DNA of 64,000 nucleotides from Octopus sinensis (GCF_006345805.1 NC_042997.1:162254001-162318000); one strand, 5' to 3'. Positions 10,770 to 25,108 are shown, counted from the stretch's first letter. A program made the numbers and translations. The notes: generated by a model from the sequence alone, not told the origin.

Positions 10770-12650
10770 TAATGCTCGTTCGTTTTGGCAGTAGGACGTT
10801 CGAAGCGTTTTCATTGCACAAGTTTTTATATACATGCATTACGAGACAGTGGGTCATACAGTGTTGTGTCATTGTCCTACGGAGCTAGGTTTTCAAACAG
10901 CAAAGTGCGCTGAAAGGTCTCTCGCTTGATGCAACAGATACAGGCGAAAACAATAAGATGCATTAGCAACAACGATTAATAGCATTTGAAGTTTACCATT
11001 TTTCAACAATATCATGCAATGATTTGGGCAAAGTTTCCTTTTCCATTCATGGGCCTGTAAAGAGTTTCATTTGTGATGACAGTAAGGGCAAGTCAAAAGA
11101 AGGTAGGTGTGTATTTGCGAACTTGAACGTGCCAGAGTTGACTGCTGATAACAACAGATCCTATCGCTCAGTGCATTAAGTTCACTTTCAATAAATTGCC
11201 AACACCAGTCGACAGAAAGACCACCTTCTTCAGTTGTTATGTGTCTGAAATGCAGCAGTGTATTCTTGGAACGAAAAGTGTTGGGTATTTTTGCAAAGTC
11301 AACAGAAGATACTTCATCGGAGCAGTTTTCAAAAATTTCTTCGTTTCTCATTTATGAAAAGAAATCCTTCAACTTATCGATCAGCTTCAAGCAGTCATCG
11401 TCTGTTGTGCCTGGACGCCACTGTTTCACACTCTCCAAATATTTTCCCAGCAACTCGTATTAATACCGAAGTGGAAGCTTTGCCAGATTGTTTCCGCAGT
11501 CCTTTGACAGCAGCCTCTGTTGTTGATCTTAGCCATGCGTCTTGCTTTCAGCCTGTTTCATTGTTGTTGCTTTAATGCACCAACAAGATTAATGCACGGT
11601 TTGCAGCATGACGATATCCTCACCACAAAGGCTTGTTCATAGCGCTTTTCTTTTTGGCGATTCTTGCAGAAGAATGGTGCATTGGTGAACAAGGTTCAGT
11701 ACATCAACGACAAGGGCAACTGTGGAGCCAACTTCTTAGAGGACAAGGTCGAAAGAGTGGTTTCCGCAGTGTTCAAAATTTGTACCTGGAAACATGTTTT
11801 TTATCTCTTTTGTACGCCTGTAATGTTCCCACTCAAAGGAAAAGCAGCATAATTTTGAGCCCAGTGAAATGTTTTGGCGGCAAAAAAAAACATTCTGAAT
11901 AACTTTAGTCAGTATTTCCGAAGAGCAGTCAGAAGGATTATAAAAGCCGAGAAAATCTTCGTAGACATTCATGTTTTCAAATACATAACGAACAATAATT
12001 TATTCTTGTTCCAATCATATATAATACCAATAAACAGAGACTCATGAACCTTTTTTCTGATCTCATGCAGAATGTTATGAGCATGTGTCTTTAGGATTTC
12101 ATTTTGTATGATATCAGATAAGAAATTATCTCGTCGTTTAAGCCACTGACTTCTGTAATGCATTCTTCGACAAGATTTACAAATTTTCCCTTGTCATGAT
12201 CATGCTCTTGTATGCTATGCCTTACCTGCTACATAATTCAACCGTTCCGAAAATTATTATTAATTGCCGCTGGGTCAATCGTTGTTGAATTAGCTACTTA
12301 TATAGAGTCACAGATATGTCTGTCTTTCAAAAAATAAAAGAAAAAAGCGTTAGCTGCTTTCATATAGTGACTGGAACGGCTACGTGCAGCAGTCTTTCTT
12401 GTAATTTTGCCACAGTTTCCTACTCTATTCTACTGAATGTTATAATGATGTCACGGGGCTTCATTGAACCAGTCTGGGCAGCATAAGTGTTTCTTTGCAT
12501 CCTTGGAAAAGTCGAATATCTTTCGAGGCACAAATTCTTCTGACTTGCAAAACTTTGATGGCACTTCTTGACATGTTGAAAATACGAAGACATTCCAAAG
12601 TTTGTTTGATCCTAAAAAGTTTTGTAAAGCAAATTAGGTGTTAATCACTA
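10770..12650 (-). mobile_element. hAT-superfamily (ZMYM1/DUF4371-like) transposase relic
   Basis: Minus-strand fragments in order: DKGKFVNLVE; SDIIQNEILK..EIRKKVHESLFIGII; YEDFLGFY; FEHCGNHSFDLVL; ASSERPFSALCCLKT*LRRTMTQ (hAT dimerisation domain). Multiple stops and frameshifts. Confidence 0.85.
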
Positions 12651-12869
12651 ACACCAATATTACATGCATCAAAAATGCTTTAAAATAATTGTACGAACAA
12701 AATGCCAATTATGGAAGATATAAAGGATTTCTTACTTTTTCCTTAAAAATACAAACTAAAGACAACAGCTGTGCAAAATACATCCGAGTTAAAATTATAA
12801 ATGATTTGTTTATTGAAAGCAATTACTCTCACAGCCCTTTTCTCCCTGTCTCTCTTTCTTTCTCTATGT

Positions 12870-13190
12870 GAAGGCGCATGGCTCAGTGGTTAGAGCGTCG
12901 AGCATACACGATTGTGAGGTTGTGAGTTCGAATCCCTGACCGGGCTGCGTGTTGTGTTCTTGAGCAAGACACTATATTTCACGTTACTCCAGTTCACTCA
13001 GCTGTAGAAATGAGTTGCGACGTCACAGGTGCCAAGCTGTATCGGCCTTTACCTTTCCCTTGGATAACATCGGTGGCGTGGAGAGGGGAGGCTGGTATGC
13101 ATGGGCGACTGCTGGTCCTCCATAAACAACCTTGCCCGGGTAACTTTCTAGGTGCAATCCCATGGTCAGTCACGACCGAAGGGGGACTCA
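12870..13190 (+). mobile_element. tRNA-derived SINE, family 2
   Basis: A box tggctcagtggttagag, B box gagttcgaatcc, body tgttcttgagcaagacact; second copy at 45063-45385. Confidence 0.88.
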
Positions 13191-13383
13191 ACATACATGT
13201 ATGTATGTATATAGAAAAATTATCATTTCTAAATCTCTCAACGAAAGACATTCAGTAACAGTACTCTAAAGTAAAGATTATTTGCCATCATAATGTGGGT
13301 AGGACGAATGTTACTGCTAATTAGCCCCAGGAAACATCGTTTCTTGCTGGCTATACAACACACTTTGTCCTTACATATATTGA

Positions 13384-13417
<34 letters not shown>

Positions 13418-13560
13418 TTATATACATATACACACGCACGACATACTTAAATACACAAATGAGGCTGTGTATTTATGGACTTAGCAGACTGCTTCTTCCC
13501 TTGCTGTTCTCTGGCGTCTTTGGTTGGTAGACTGATCACTGGTTTCCTCACTGATGCCAA

Positions 13561-13596
<36 letters not shown>

Positions 13597-14209
13597 GTGT
13601 GTGTGTATACATATATGTTTGTATACATAGAAGTATGTATATGAAGATGTATAAAGATATATACATTTATATATATGATATATATATAAATGAATGCTTA
13701 TATATACTGTATATAAATATATATGTATATATGCAAAAACGCATGCACATAGGTAATCCATATACATACATATATATGTATGTATGTATAATCATATATG
13801 GGTATGCATGCATCTGTCTATCACGGTTCGTCCATACAACCTTGGGGCCAAATGTAGTTTTGTGGTCTGAAAAGGCAAAGCTTTCAGTCCGTGGGAAGAA
13901 GGGTGAAATCAGGCCTACAAATCAAAGTGTACCAACTGATTTTTACCATTAACCACACCTCCAACCTTGTTGCTCACTCACTATATTCACCCCTACTATC
14001 TGTCATTACCTCCTAAGACTTTTATGAAATTACCCACCCTCTCCTTTCTCATCGATTCACTGTCTGAATTCTCTTATACTTACCTTCTTGTACCTTCAGA
14101 GTACGCTCTGGTAACTTCGTTACACCATCTTTATTTTTTTTCCGACTGCTCCCACTCATCGTTTAACAATGTGGGGTAGTCATGTATGTCACCTCTAGCA
14201 AGACATTAG

Positions 14210-14490
14210 TACTTATCTGTCATAGAGACAAGCACCTGGCATAACACAACCTTTCCTTCTCTCAAATACACTACTATATAGCTGAAGAAGCTTTTTGCGT
14301 TGCAAATTACTTGGCGACCTCACTAGTGCGGTGGCGCGGAAAAAAACATCAAGTATACACTGTAAAGGGGTTGGTATCAGGTGGGGAACCATGTCAAAGC
14401 GGACAAAGGAGTTGATGCAGCTCTGCGGCTTATCGGATCCTGTCAAATCAAATTGTCCAACCCGAATAAACGTGGAAGAAGGACGTTAAA
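14210..14490 (+). mobile_element. Degenerate RTE-tailed element fragment
   Basis: catcaagtatacactgtaaaggggttgg...gtcaaatcaaattgtccaacccg...ggacgttaaa resembles 18560-18712. Confidence 0.45.
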
Positions 14491-15039
14491 AGGTGAACAT
14501 ATTTGATAATATTTTGACTCAGCTCCACATTACTTCAAGTTTCATAGGTGCGTCAATCTCGTCAGATATTCAGAGACAGAATAGAAATTTTAAAAGTAAT
14601 TCAAAATGACTTCTAGGTTTTAGGCCTTTTATTGGTTAGCTGTGATTACATTTTCGTAATACTATCAAAGCGACATAAAGTATTTTATTTTGAGTTCCAT
14701 GTGCTGCAGTCACGATGTTGAGGCCACTTTGATGGCAGGTCGCAGTTGCTTTCAGGGTCATCATTTCCTTGCATTAGGTACCGCTCGTGGTGGGGAAGGC
14801 TCAAAGTCCACAGAATGATGTGGACTTTGAGCATATTATTGGTAGCAATCAATTTACAGGAGTAACCATTTGATGGTATTGGGATACAATTACGGGCAAG
14901 TGATCAATGAATAAACTGCAGTCTATAAGGGTACCAGGGATCATATAGCTTTGTGCATCAGTAAACTAGGCTCAGACTGATATATCCAGGTTATCGGTGG
15001 CCAGAGGTTTGAAGTTCATAAACAGAGCGTACCCCTAAT

Positions 15040-15900
15040 GGCAGCAATGATGGTTTATTCTTCCGATTGCTTGATTCTGCAGGCTAGTGAAGTATATGCG
15101 GTTTCTCGCAGAGACAGTGTTGGCAATTACGATCTTCCGGTAAAGAAAGACTATCAAGGATGGGGAGGAAACTACAAAGGCATCAAATTGTTAGACGTTA
15201 TTACAAAATTAATTAGGAAGATTGGCCTAGATGCGATGCAATTTGGTTGTGCCAGGAGGAATCACCAATGCTTTCTTCCTTGTGTGACAACTGCTTGAGA
15301 AGCACCTAGGAGTGAGACTCTATACCTAGCATTTGTAGACCTAGAGAAGGTTTTCAACAGAGACTCTCGCTCTGACGTCTGATGTGTAAAGAAGCTACCA
15401 GTAGATGATTGCTTTGTGAGAGCAGCACAAATTATGTGTGTACAGAGGTGCAGCCAGCAAAGTATGAGTTAACAATGAATTAAGCAACAAATTCAGCATG
15501 AGGAAAGAGTTCATCGAGGGCCAGTCTTCAGCCCTCGCCTGGTTGTTATAGCTCTTCAAGTCACAACAGAGGAATTTTAGACTAGCTATCTATAGGAACT
15601 CCAGTATACTGATAACCCTGTCTTTATAGCACAATCTGTGGAAACCTTGGAGAAATTCCAGACATAGAAGCAAAACCTGGGAATGAAGATTCTTAAAATT
15701 AACTTGGCCAAGACTAAAGTTATTCTTAAGAGAAAAGAATGCAAAAGAAGCTGGGACTTCTGCTCTCAGAAAGATTACCATGCTCAGTAAATATAAAAGG
15801 AGTAGGGGAGGAAGTCCAAAGTGTGTGCTTTATGTAAATCATGGATGCACAAAATTTATAGTGGTATCATGCTAACAGCAAAGTTAGCCATCATATATAA
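15040..15900 (+). mobile_element. RTE-clade LINE reverse transcriptase relic
   Basis: NYKGIKLLDVITKLI, DAMQFG, LYLAFVDLEKVFNR and a degraded segment ending INLAKTKV; many stops. Confidence 0.8.
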
Positions 15901-17554
15901 AAGGTATGTAGTGGCACTAAGCATGAAGCACAACTAGGAAATAAATTATCTCATCTGTTCAGAACGGGTCCCCAGAAAAAAATAAAAAAGCAATAGTTTC
16001 TCAGCACTAAGTAAATGGGAGAGGAAGATCTAGAAAAATATGGCATGAAGTGGTGAAAACCTGATCTCAAGATACTGAACTTCACAAAAGAGATGATAAA
16101 GGAACTTTTTTATGGGTGACATGCTGTGCTAGAGAAAACCCACACTCTTGGGTAAGTATAGCAGAGAGTACTTTAAAGTGAGGAGTGATGGTCACTGAGA
16201 AATTCTTGCTGCATTCATCCTGTTCTCTGTAATACCTTATTACATCCTCCTACTTCTTTTTCTCTCACTGCTCAAACTACATTCATCCACTGCTGCCCAG
16301 ATCTGTTTTTCACTCTTATGATCTTCCTTTCTCTGACCCTACTCCACCTTTACCATATCTCTTCTCTTTCTTTCACTGACCTTCTCCTTGCCGAAACTCT
16401 GGCTCTTCATCACACTAATCTCTGTTTTTCATGCATTACAGCCTCCCATATGCATTGTAATATGGTTTAACACTAGTTTCCACTTACTCAACCCACTCCA
16501 TTCATCCTTACCTTCCTGACTTTTTCTCACTAATCCTTAACACAACTCTTCCTTTTTCCTTAGTCCCTTTCATGACTCTGTGTGTTACTCTCTCCACTGC
16601 TACCTTCTTAAAACAATGTGTTCCTCCCTTCAAACTGTAGTTTCTCTGAACACTTCAGAAAAAAAAAGACACCTAATACACAGTAAAAAGAGATTGGTAA
16701 AATGAGCAGAGACAATGCAGGCTCAAGAGAATTTGTTAGTCTTGCCAAAGACAAGACAACCTCTAAAGTACTGGTGCCATGAAAATTGAACTGATACTTT
16801 GTAGAAGACACAATTTAAGAGTCTACCTACTTGAGAAACTGCATATTCTGAAGTAGCCCAAGATATCTCTTAGCAAGAAATCTGAGTTGATTCACAAGTG
16901 CCATCACAGTTGATTATTTCTCCTTAGTAGAGAAACTCTAGAGGAAATCAAGTAGACTCCGATGCTAATGAAAGATAAGCTTGATCAAACTGCTTTACAT
17001 TCTAGCAGCACTGATTAGTATCTTACAGCAGCAGCCTGTAATAATTTCTACTAAGTTTGTCAAAGACCAAGAAAAGTCTGCCTTTTAGGTTGCATGCAAC
17101 TAAAACTTTATTCATGGTAGACTTTTGAAAGAGAGGTTAACAACAAAGTTAGCTCTCACATGTAACAGATATGCAACAGCCCTGAGTAATGGATGCTTGA
17201 ATAAACAAATGTCCATCAATACACACCCATCCACAATCATACAACCACTCCTTCCAACATGTAATATATAACAACTTACATTACATAATACATAAAAAGT
17301 ACTGGCACTTATTCTATCAGTCACTTATGTTGCACCACTAAATTAGGGGGTCATAAACCAACACTGGTTGTAAAGTGGTGGGGTGGGGGGCAAAGACAAA
17401 CACATCTATATGTGTGTGCATGTATATATATATATATATATATAATAAATATTAGGGAATATATCCAATTTACAGGGAAAAAATTTATTAAATTTTATGT
17501 ATTGATTAAGTCTTTCCTTGTTTGTTTTGCAAAATAGTGGTTTTGTCTCAAATA

Positions 17555-17612
<58 letters not shown>

Positions 17613-18559
17613 CAAAATGGGTTTCTTTCAGCTTCAATCTATTAAATCCACTCAAAAGGTTTTGGTCAGCCTCAGCCTATAGTAGAAAACACTTGCCCAT
17701 GATGCCATGCAGTGTGGCTGAACCCAAAACCATGGGGTTTGGGAAGCAAACTTCTTACTACACAACCATATCTGCAATCATCAATTTTATGACACTTAGG
17801 CGAAATTTTTAGGCTTATGTAAAAATTTAATGTGAACATAAAATATCACCTAAAATTCTCCATCGACTGTTTTGTTTGTTCCAGTGACACATCAAATATT
17901 TTTGAAGGGAATTATAGATGAATACATCCAAGTATTTTACTAGCGCACATTTTAACTGATCTCATTTACCTCTTCAATTTAATCCTTAGCATTCAGATTA
18001 TCCCATCAAATGTAATTCTTATTTATTCATATTGTTTTTAATTTATCATGTATTGTTGTAGCTTAAAGATTTCAATGACGTGATAGTTTATTTTTAGAAT
18101 GACATTGTAGGGTAGGTGTGAGAGGCTAGACGTGGCCAATTTAAACAAAAAACAGGTAAAATATTTGTGCCAGATATGCTGACAAATTCATTGAAGGAAA
18201 ATTCATACATGAATTATATATGAGAAATATAAACAAATATTCAATTAACAATGTTGTCTTAGACCTACAAAATTAGGTCTAAAACAATTTACTTCAACTT
18301 ACTATACTTAAAAGCTATTCTACAAGCTTCTGCCTAGAATGTTGCTTCAATTCTATTCTTTAGTCTCAACCAGAATTAGAGTTAGATGTCACCAAATATT
18401 TTGGGGACAATGGATAGCTCACTGTCACTTATAAGCACTAACCTGTGCAACTGCAACTTTGCTCTGTGAAATGTTACACCATTAGTGAATTTTCTTTTCT
18501 TTTTAATAATTTATAGCATGTCTCAGATGTAGCTATTTTCAAGTTAAAATTTTAGATTT

Positions 18560-18712
18560 TTAGGGCTGGCATTAGGAAGGGCATCTAGTGTAGAAAACCA
18601 AGCCAAACCAGACTGGAGTCTGGTGCAGCCTTCCAGCTTATCAGCCCCAGTCAAACTGTCCAACTCATGCAAGTATGGACAATGGGTGTTAAATGATGAT
18701 GATGATGATGAT
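18560..18712 (+). mobile_element. RTE-type 3' tail ending in (GAT)n
   Basis: ggctggcattaggaagggcatc...ccagtcaaactgtccaactcatgcaagtatgg...gttaaatgatgatgatgatgatg. Confidence 0.65.
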
Positions 18713-19289
18713 TTGCTGTATCACTCTGTGTGTGTGTGTGTGTGTGCCATGTCTCAGCACCTTGTAAGCAGAAAGTTATTTTCAATAATAACAATAACTA
18801 GAAAATTAAATAATAGCAACTACATTTCCATTAAATCACACTCTACTGTCTTATAAATGATATATAAGACTACATTTGATAGTAGATAAATGTAATATTG
18901 GATATGACAGGATGGTTATGGTTAGAAGGCTTTTGGTCATAGGTTTCTTCAATCAAAGTTGATATGAAGCCACCAACAACTAAACAGTTAACAAAGTTTA
19001 GTTTTTAATTGATTTATTAACCTGTAAATGCATGGTGCTTTACAACTGTTATGTATCTTCTTTGTTCTTTTTGTCCAAATTTTAATTATGCTTTATTGTT
19101 CATGTTATGATAAATGATCTTGGAAGGATGAAATACAAAATTAACTTTGGTGGGGTTTGAACTCAGAACACAAAGAAATATAACTAAATACTATTAACAT
19201 GTTATCCAGCACTCTAACAATTCTGTTAATCCACTGCCTCTATTTCTTTTCTTTTTCCACCAACAGAGCAGAAACCGTCATTATGCCAA

Positions 19290-19790
19290 GCTCAGTGTGT
19301 GCAGTATGTTCTCAACTCTCTCATGGAATTCGCTAATAGCATTAGCTATTTGATTTATAGTCAATCACCTGTCATCCACACAATCAACGTTTTTGTCAGT
19401 GGTGGCAGTTGCAGGACATGCAGACCTTGGCTCATCTTCAATATTCTTCCTTTCTCTCCTAAATTCAGCTGTCCACTTTAGCACTGTTGATAAAGCTGGA
19501 GCATCATCCCCTAATGTAGCAGCCATGTCAGCATGAATCTCTTTGGGGTTTAAACCCTTTTTCTGCAGGTACTTGATAACACCACAATGCCAAATTTCAT
19601 CCATTTTCAAAAGGAGTTGCTAATAGTTACTTTTGAAGCCTTCTTTGAACAGTCAGTCAGAAGTCAGTTTACCTAAAAAGAAACAATACAGTTATTAAGA
19701 AGTGTTAACATTAATGAATGCAAGATTTCACAGCCCTATCATCACTCCTTCATAGCCAGCCTATGAACTTTTCAGTCCACCTTTGTAGAT
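19290..19790 (-). mobile_element. Mariner 5' fragment (TIR plus HTH-domain ORF)
   Basis: ORF 19365-19610 GVIKYLQKKGLNPKEIHADM...IEDEPRS; TIR-like tacaaaggtggactgaaaagttcataggctg at about 19757-19788. Confidence 0.85.
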
Positions 19791-19879
19791 GTCTCAAAAT
19801 ATTTTGAGTTAATGTGTTACACAAATCTAAAAAAAAAACAAACTAAACCAAGATAGTATCTCTCTCTCTCAACATATAC

Positions 19880-21720
19880 ATACTGGTAAATTAATAATGC
19901 GCTGATTACAAGTTACATTTAAATGATGAGATTCAAACTTTTCTTGTTCAAGTCCTCAGTACAAAACAATGTTTACAGATATGCAAAGAGAAAAGTTTTC
20001 TTCCTTAATAGATAAAAGAAAATGCAGGCTGACAGACTGATTTCAATGAGAACTCTAAGAAATTGTGTGCAATAATTACAAGCAAATAGTCTTAGTCAAT
20101 TAACAAAGATGGGTTTCGAAAATAGCTGTCCCATTGGATAGATGTATGTATGTGTGGGTGGGTGGGGGTATGAATATATATATATGTATATGCACATGTA
20201 TGTAAGCATATGGATATGAAAGTAAACAGATCAACATACAGACGGATAGTTACGTAGGTTATATGAACAAACAAGCACACATACGCAAATAAAGACTGAA
20301 ACACATGACCATATATATATATGTACATACACACACGTTACTTCACACAAGGACACATATGGAGACACACGTCCACACATATGGAGATGCACATCGATAC
20401 ATATAGACATAGTTGCAAAACACACAATACACACTCAGACATGCACACACAAGAAGATAGAGGTACACACATATACAAACAAACAAAAAGGAATGCAGTG
20501 TGAGTAACAGACAGAGTCAACGACTATTGAAAAGGTTGCAAGACACAACAAAAATTTTAGAAAATAAAAGAAATAAGTGGAAATTTTACCAGTGAGTGTG
20601 TTAAATTATAAGGCACCAAAAGAGAATGGCTCTCCCCAGACACAACAGAATAAAAAATTAGCTTTGAAACTTTGCATACTGGAGACCAATCATCAACTAT
20701 TGTAATTAATTTTTTCAAAACAGAGTGAATTTTCTAGAAAGTTTCTCAGAATCCACAGATGGGGACTTGATATTATTACATGAATTCAAATCATTCATAT
20801 ATCTGGTGAAAATCAATCACCATTTACATTGATCTTCTTACATGACTAAATATGACTCACATCAGTTCTTCATAAAAACATATTTTCACATTGGTGATGA
20901 TGGATTAATTTTCCTGATGCCAATACAGCTGAATATATTAAAAATAATTTTAACATATACAACCTTTATATTCACATAAACAACTGCATTGCTAGAAAAA
21001 GTAGCTCCAGACTAACTCTTTTAGAATAATTGGAAGACTTCACAGCAGAAAATTATCCTACTTTTGACAAAAATTGGCTACTTATTCTTGAACCTTATTG
21101 TGCAAAAGTTCTCTCTATAATTCATAACATACACACAAATACTTAAGAAAGTAACAGCTTGCGTTTAGTGAGTTTAATATTAGTTGAGTTTTATCATAAT
21201 TTGTGACTAACATGCCAAAACCAGATTTTAAGGCACTCCTTGTACTGATAAATGGCCTGACTCACACAGACTTGGAAAAATTTCATACAGCCAGTTGATG
21301 TAAAACAATGATGAGAATATAATGATCATAGTTGACTCAGCAACTGTTCCAGCAGAAGCTAGGAAAACTGAGGTGCATATTTTTCATTACTCCTAGATTT
21401 GAAGTTTCAATGACAATGCTAACATACAATGGGTTGGAATTTATTCAATTAAAGGAGTGATTAAATTGACATGATTGTAAGAAAATAGAAATTATAGTCC
21501 AAAATTTAATGGTGTAGTGGAAAGAGTAATGAAAGCAATCAAATTTACATCGAAAGTTTTCAGTTCAGAGATATCATAGTATGTGTAAGTCATCTCCAAC
21601 TGAGAAATTATTTTGTAGTCAGTTAACAAGGTTGAGCAAATAGTTCATTACAAGAACAATATAATGGAATTTCCATCAGATAAACGTCAATTAAATTTAT
21701 GCTGACAGAAATGATTGGAT
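19880..21720 (+). mobile_element. Highly degenerate Gypsy pol relic (RT trace, then integrase), interrupted by microsatellites and a half foldback element
   Basis: LHLNDEIQTF...SINKDG (RT-like), YCAKVLSIIHNIH, ENIMIIVDSATVPAEA, NYSPKFNGVVERVMKAIK. 21008-21720 is paralogous to 1-700. Confidence 0.45.
20508..20655. mobile_element. Right half of the foldback element family (8404, 46503)
   Basis: agagtcaacgactattgaaaaggttgca...agtggaaattttaccagtgagtgtgttaa...ctctccccagacacaacagaat. Confidence 0.75.
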
Positions 21721-21989
21721 GAACTTCATTGAAGCAAGTTTTCTATAGTAGAATGGATTTAGTTTCAAATTCTGAGAACATGACTAATTTTTAAAAAATT
21801 CTAAGTCAAAGGCCCTCCAGGCATGATGAGATTCATAACATTAATATTCCTCTTAAATCTTTGTAAGTAAAATATAGAAACAGGAAATCTATGAGCAGAG
21901 AGCAAATTCCAGAGGGCCAACATTGCTAGAAAGGAAGGTTTGGGCATTATGATTATTGGAGAGCCTGGATAGGAGTTAAACACACCTGT

Positions 21990-22550
21990 ACAGAAAATTC
22001 TATGATGTATATTGTAGACACATACATACAATGCATGCACAGCATGAGAGGGGTGTGAATAAAACAGCTTGCTGTTTCTATCTTGATGTTTTTTTAAGTG
22101 TACTGCTTGGAACCTTGATGCACAGACATAACACAACTGAAGATTTGTACTTAGTCTAGAAAAATAATATAATCACAGTAAATAAGATAGTGTCTGTAAT
22201 TAGTTGGAAAATATGAAAAAAGCTTTTGCATTATAAAGAAAAGTTTCAGTGTTAAAACCCAGCCAAAGGATACAATAATCTAAGAAAACTCCCATCGAAG
22301 TTCGGTACACCATACAACAATAAAGAAGATGCTAATATTCTAAAGATCTGAAACTACTCAGAAATAAGTGTGAATGTTATCTCTAGAAACTTCTTTTGTT
22401 TGATTTTAATGCTAAAAATAAAAACAAAATGTTTGAGATTGAAAAGTTTTATTAAAAAAATTATTTGTAATAGAAAAAGAAGTGCATTATCCATCACAGA
22501 AGTGGGGAAAACCGATTAATTGTAAAATATTTTGTTACGACGTTAATAAA
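21990..22550. repeat. Segmental duplication block 2, second copy
   Basis: Collinear with 4200-4800. Confidence 0.85.
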
Positions 22551-22552
22551 GT

Positions 22553-22720
22553 TATGAGGTCTATCTGAAAAGTAATGGGACTGGTGTCACAATTTATTAT
22601 AATTTCAAACAACAAACTATATTGTTTCTCTTTCAAAGTAATCCCTCTTGAGTCTAATGCACTGCTGGAGGGATTCATCTGGGATGCCCCCCACTACCCA
22701 TACAATGAACTGACTACAAC
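22553..22720. mobile_element. Mariner-type terminal fragment
   Basis: tatgaggtctatctgaaaagtaatgggactgg resembles mariner TIRs (TA-CGAGGT...AAAAGT); it marks where the paralogy breaks. Confidence 0.5.
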
Positions 22721-23024
22721 ATAGGGGTATAATATTACAAAATTATAATTTCAAAATGCAGTATATTCCATTGAAAAAATTGTCTATTGAGACTAATTCC
22801 CCAAAGTATGGAACCACTAAAAGATATTGTGATAGTCGCACTGCAGGCAGAAAATGAAATAAAAAGTATTATGACTAATATTATCCAAGAACTGCCAGTG
22901 ACTGCACAGGATATTGTTGCGTATTGAGAAATTATTCGAATTTGTATTTTTATTCTGCTTACTTTTTAAAGCTTCTTTCCTCTTTGTTATATACTCATTG
23001 CCTACAGATTTCATACCGACTACA

Positions 23025-24063
23025 TTACAAAAACGTGTATTGTAGCAATTCTACATCGGACACCCAAAAATGGTGAGGAGCTACGTCGGGCACCCAGAAA
23101 TGGTGAGGAGCTAACGTCTATTGGCTGACTATGGGCCAGGATATTGAAAATTTGGTGAGAACTTATTGAGGTTGCACACTTGCAGCCAAGGCCGAGCCAG
23201 TAAAATATCAATCATGGTTGGATACTGAGAACCCATGGCCTAGGTTACATATCGACTATGCCAGACTGGTGAACGCCGCTTACTATCTAATCGTGGTAGA
23301 CAGCTGTACAAAGTGGCCAGAGGTATGCAAGTGCTAAGACAACTATAAAGTTCCTACATGAAATGTTTGCACTATATGGTGTTCCAGACATGTTAGTTTC
23401 TGATAATGGAATGCAATTCTCGGGGTATGAATTCAAGAACTTCTGTAAAATGCATACGATAAAGCATATTGTCACTCCACCCTACCACCTGAAATCAATT
23501 GGGCAGGTAGAAAGATTTGTGGACACATTCAAAAGAGTGTTAAGAAAAGTTAGGAACTAATAAAGCACTAACAAAATTCTTAAGGGTATATAGAGTAACT
23601 CCTAATCCAAGTACAAATTCAGGAAAGTCACCTGCAATTCACGAGAAGAATAAAATCGATTTTTGAGAAAAAAAAGATGTACAGGAAATACAAAAGATGC
23701 AACGAAATATTTCGAAGTAGGAGATAAAAGTGCATTTTAAAACCTACAGAAATGGTAAAGAAGGTTGGGAGGATGGCCTTGTAACCAAAAAAATATGACA
23801 TATGATGTATCTAATTAAAGAACCCTGCTGGGAACATGAGACATATAAATCAACTAAAGAAGAGACATAGTGAAGAATGGAGAGAAATTCCTATGGAAGT
23901 ATTTTTTTTATGCATTTGATGTTCCAGCACCGAAAGTAATGAAGTCTCATAGAACCAGCATGAGAAAACTGAAGCAGACCGAACACCTTGAGATAAGGTC
24001 CAAGCAAATAATAATAATAAATAAAATTTATTCCTTTGGAACTCAAAATCTCAAAAGAGGAGA
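23025..24063 (+). mobile_element. Gypsy LTR retrotransposon integrase remnant with polypurine tract
   Basis: PWPRLHIDYA...YYLIVVDSCTKWPEV; LFALYGVPDMLVSDNGMQFSGYEFKNFC...TPPYHLKSIGQVERFVDTFK; PPT aaaagaggaga at 24053-24063. Confidence 0.9.
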
Positions 24064-24265
24064 TGTGACGAGAGTACGACACCCTTTGACAAGAATGGAT
24101 GGGACCACTACATATAAATAGTAGCGGTCTGACGTAGTCGGCAGTTCATAGTTTGGTCTTCATAGTCCGGGTACAGTTTACAGTTCGGATTAGTGTGTTG
24201 GAGATATTGATTGTTGGTTTGTTACTGATGCTGTTTCTATTTTGTATTGTTATAACACTGTTACA
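24064..24265 (+). mobile_element. Short 3' LTR (about 202 bp)
   Basis: Begins TGTGAC directly after the PPT, contains tataaata, ends GTTACA. Confidence 0.65.
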
Positions 24266-24269
24266 GAGC

Positions 24270-25000
24270 ATTCTTTATTTATCGTCGATAAAATCAATAA
24301 TATTGGAGGTGTAAGGATATAACACTTTCTTTGTCCTCAGATATGTTGGAGACTTCCACTGACAGCTCTGGCAATTGGCTTCCTGGTTGTACTCAAAAAT
24401 CCATGTTTCATCACCAGTAATGACTTTATAAAGCAAGTCTGGTTCAGTTTGAAGACGTTCGAGGATGTTCTGACACACCTGCATGTGGCACGCCTTCTGT
24501 TTATCATTCAGCACCTTTGGCACCATTTTTGCGCAGACCTTCCATATGCCCAAATCTTCAGTGATAACCTTCCAAACACTGTCCCTTTTCATGTCCATCT
24601 GACTTGCAATCATTCGTAGTCAACTGAGGATCATCACACACCACCTGCCTTACCTGCTCGACGTTGACCTCATTCCTGCTTGTTGAAGGCATCCCGCTCC
24701 TGGAGTCATCTTCCACCTCCTCGCGCTCCTCTGTGAATCTCTTGCACCACTCAAAAATACGTGTGCTCGATATGGAGTTATCTCCATACACTTGCTGAAG
24801 TATTTCAAGAGTTTGTGACGGAGTTTTCCCCAACAGAGCCAAAAACTTCAGGTTTATTCGTTGTTCATCGTTCGTTCCTCAGTGCTCATAACTGAACGAC
24901 CCGAAAAAGTGGAAATGCATGTGAAAAATATGCAACGGTTGCAGAAAGCTAAGATTACAGTTATATACTTCGCATTTTGGATTTATCATAACCTGCCCGT
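24270..25000 (-). mobile_element. Mariner transposase relic (frameshifted)
   Basis: ORFs 24558-24842 (HTH; VEDDSRSGMPSTS) and 24275-24613 (KVCAKMVPKVL; VITGDETWIFEY containing the first catalytic D). Confidence 0.9.
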
Positions 25001-25108
25001 CGAGGCATGGTATTGTAACGTAACGGTAAATAAATACTTTCTTAAAACTTTATGCATTGTCCATCTTTCACATCTTACAGTATGCAATCATAACAATAAA
25101 AGGCGTAA

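Noticed and set aside
12870-12960. tRNA genes at SINE heads (12870, 45063, 61243, 62720-62790, 3455-3527)
   Set aside because: A and B boxes are present but acceptor stems do not pair, and each continues into a SINE body.
16600-17330. ORFs 16608-16811 and 17112-17324, and the GC-richer stretch at 50900-51400
   Set aside because: They look like decayed coding DNA (probably old TEs), but no motif could be recognised to support a call.
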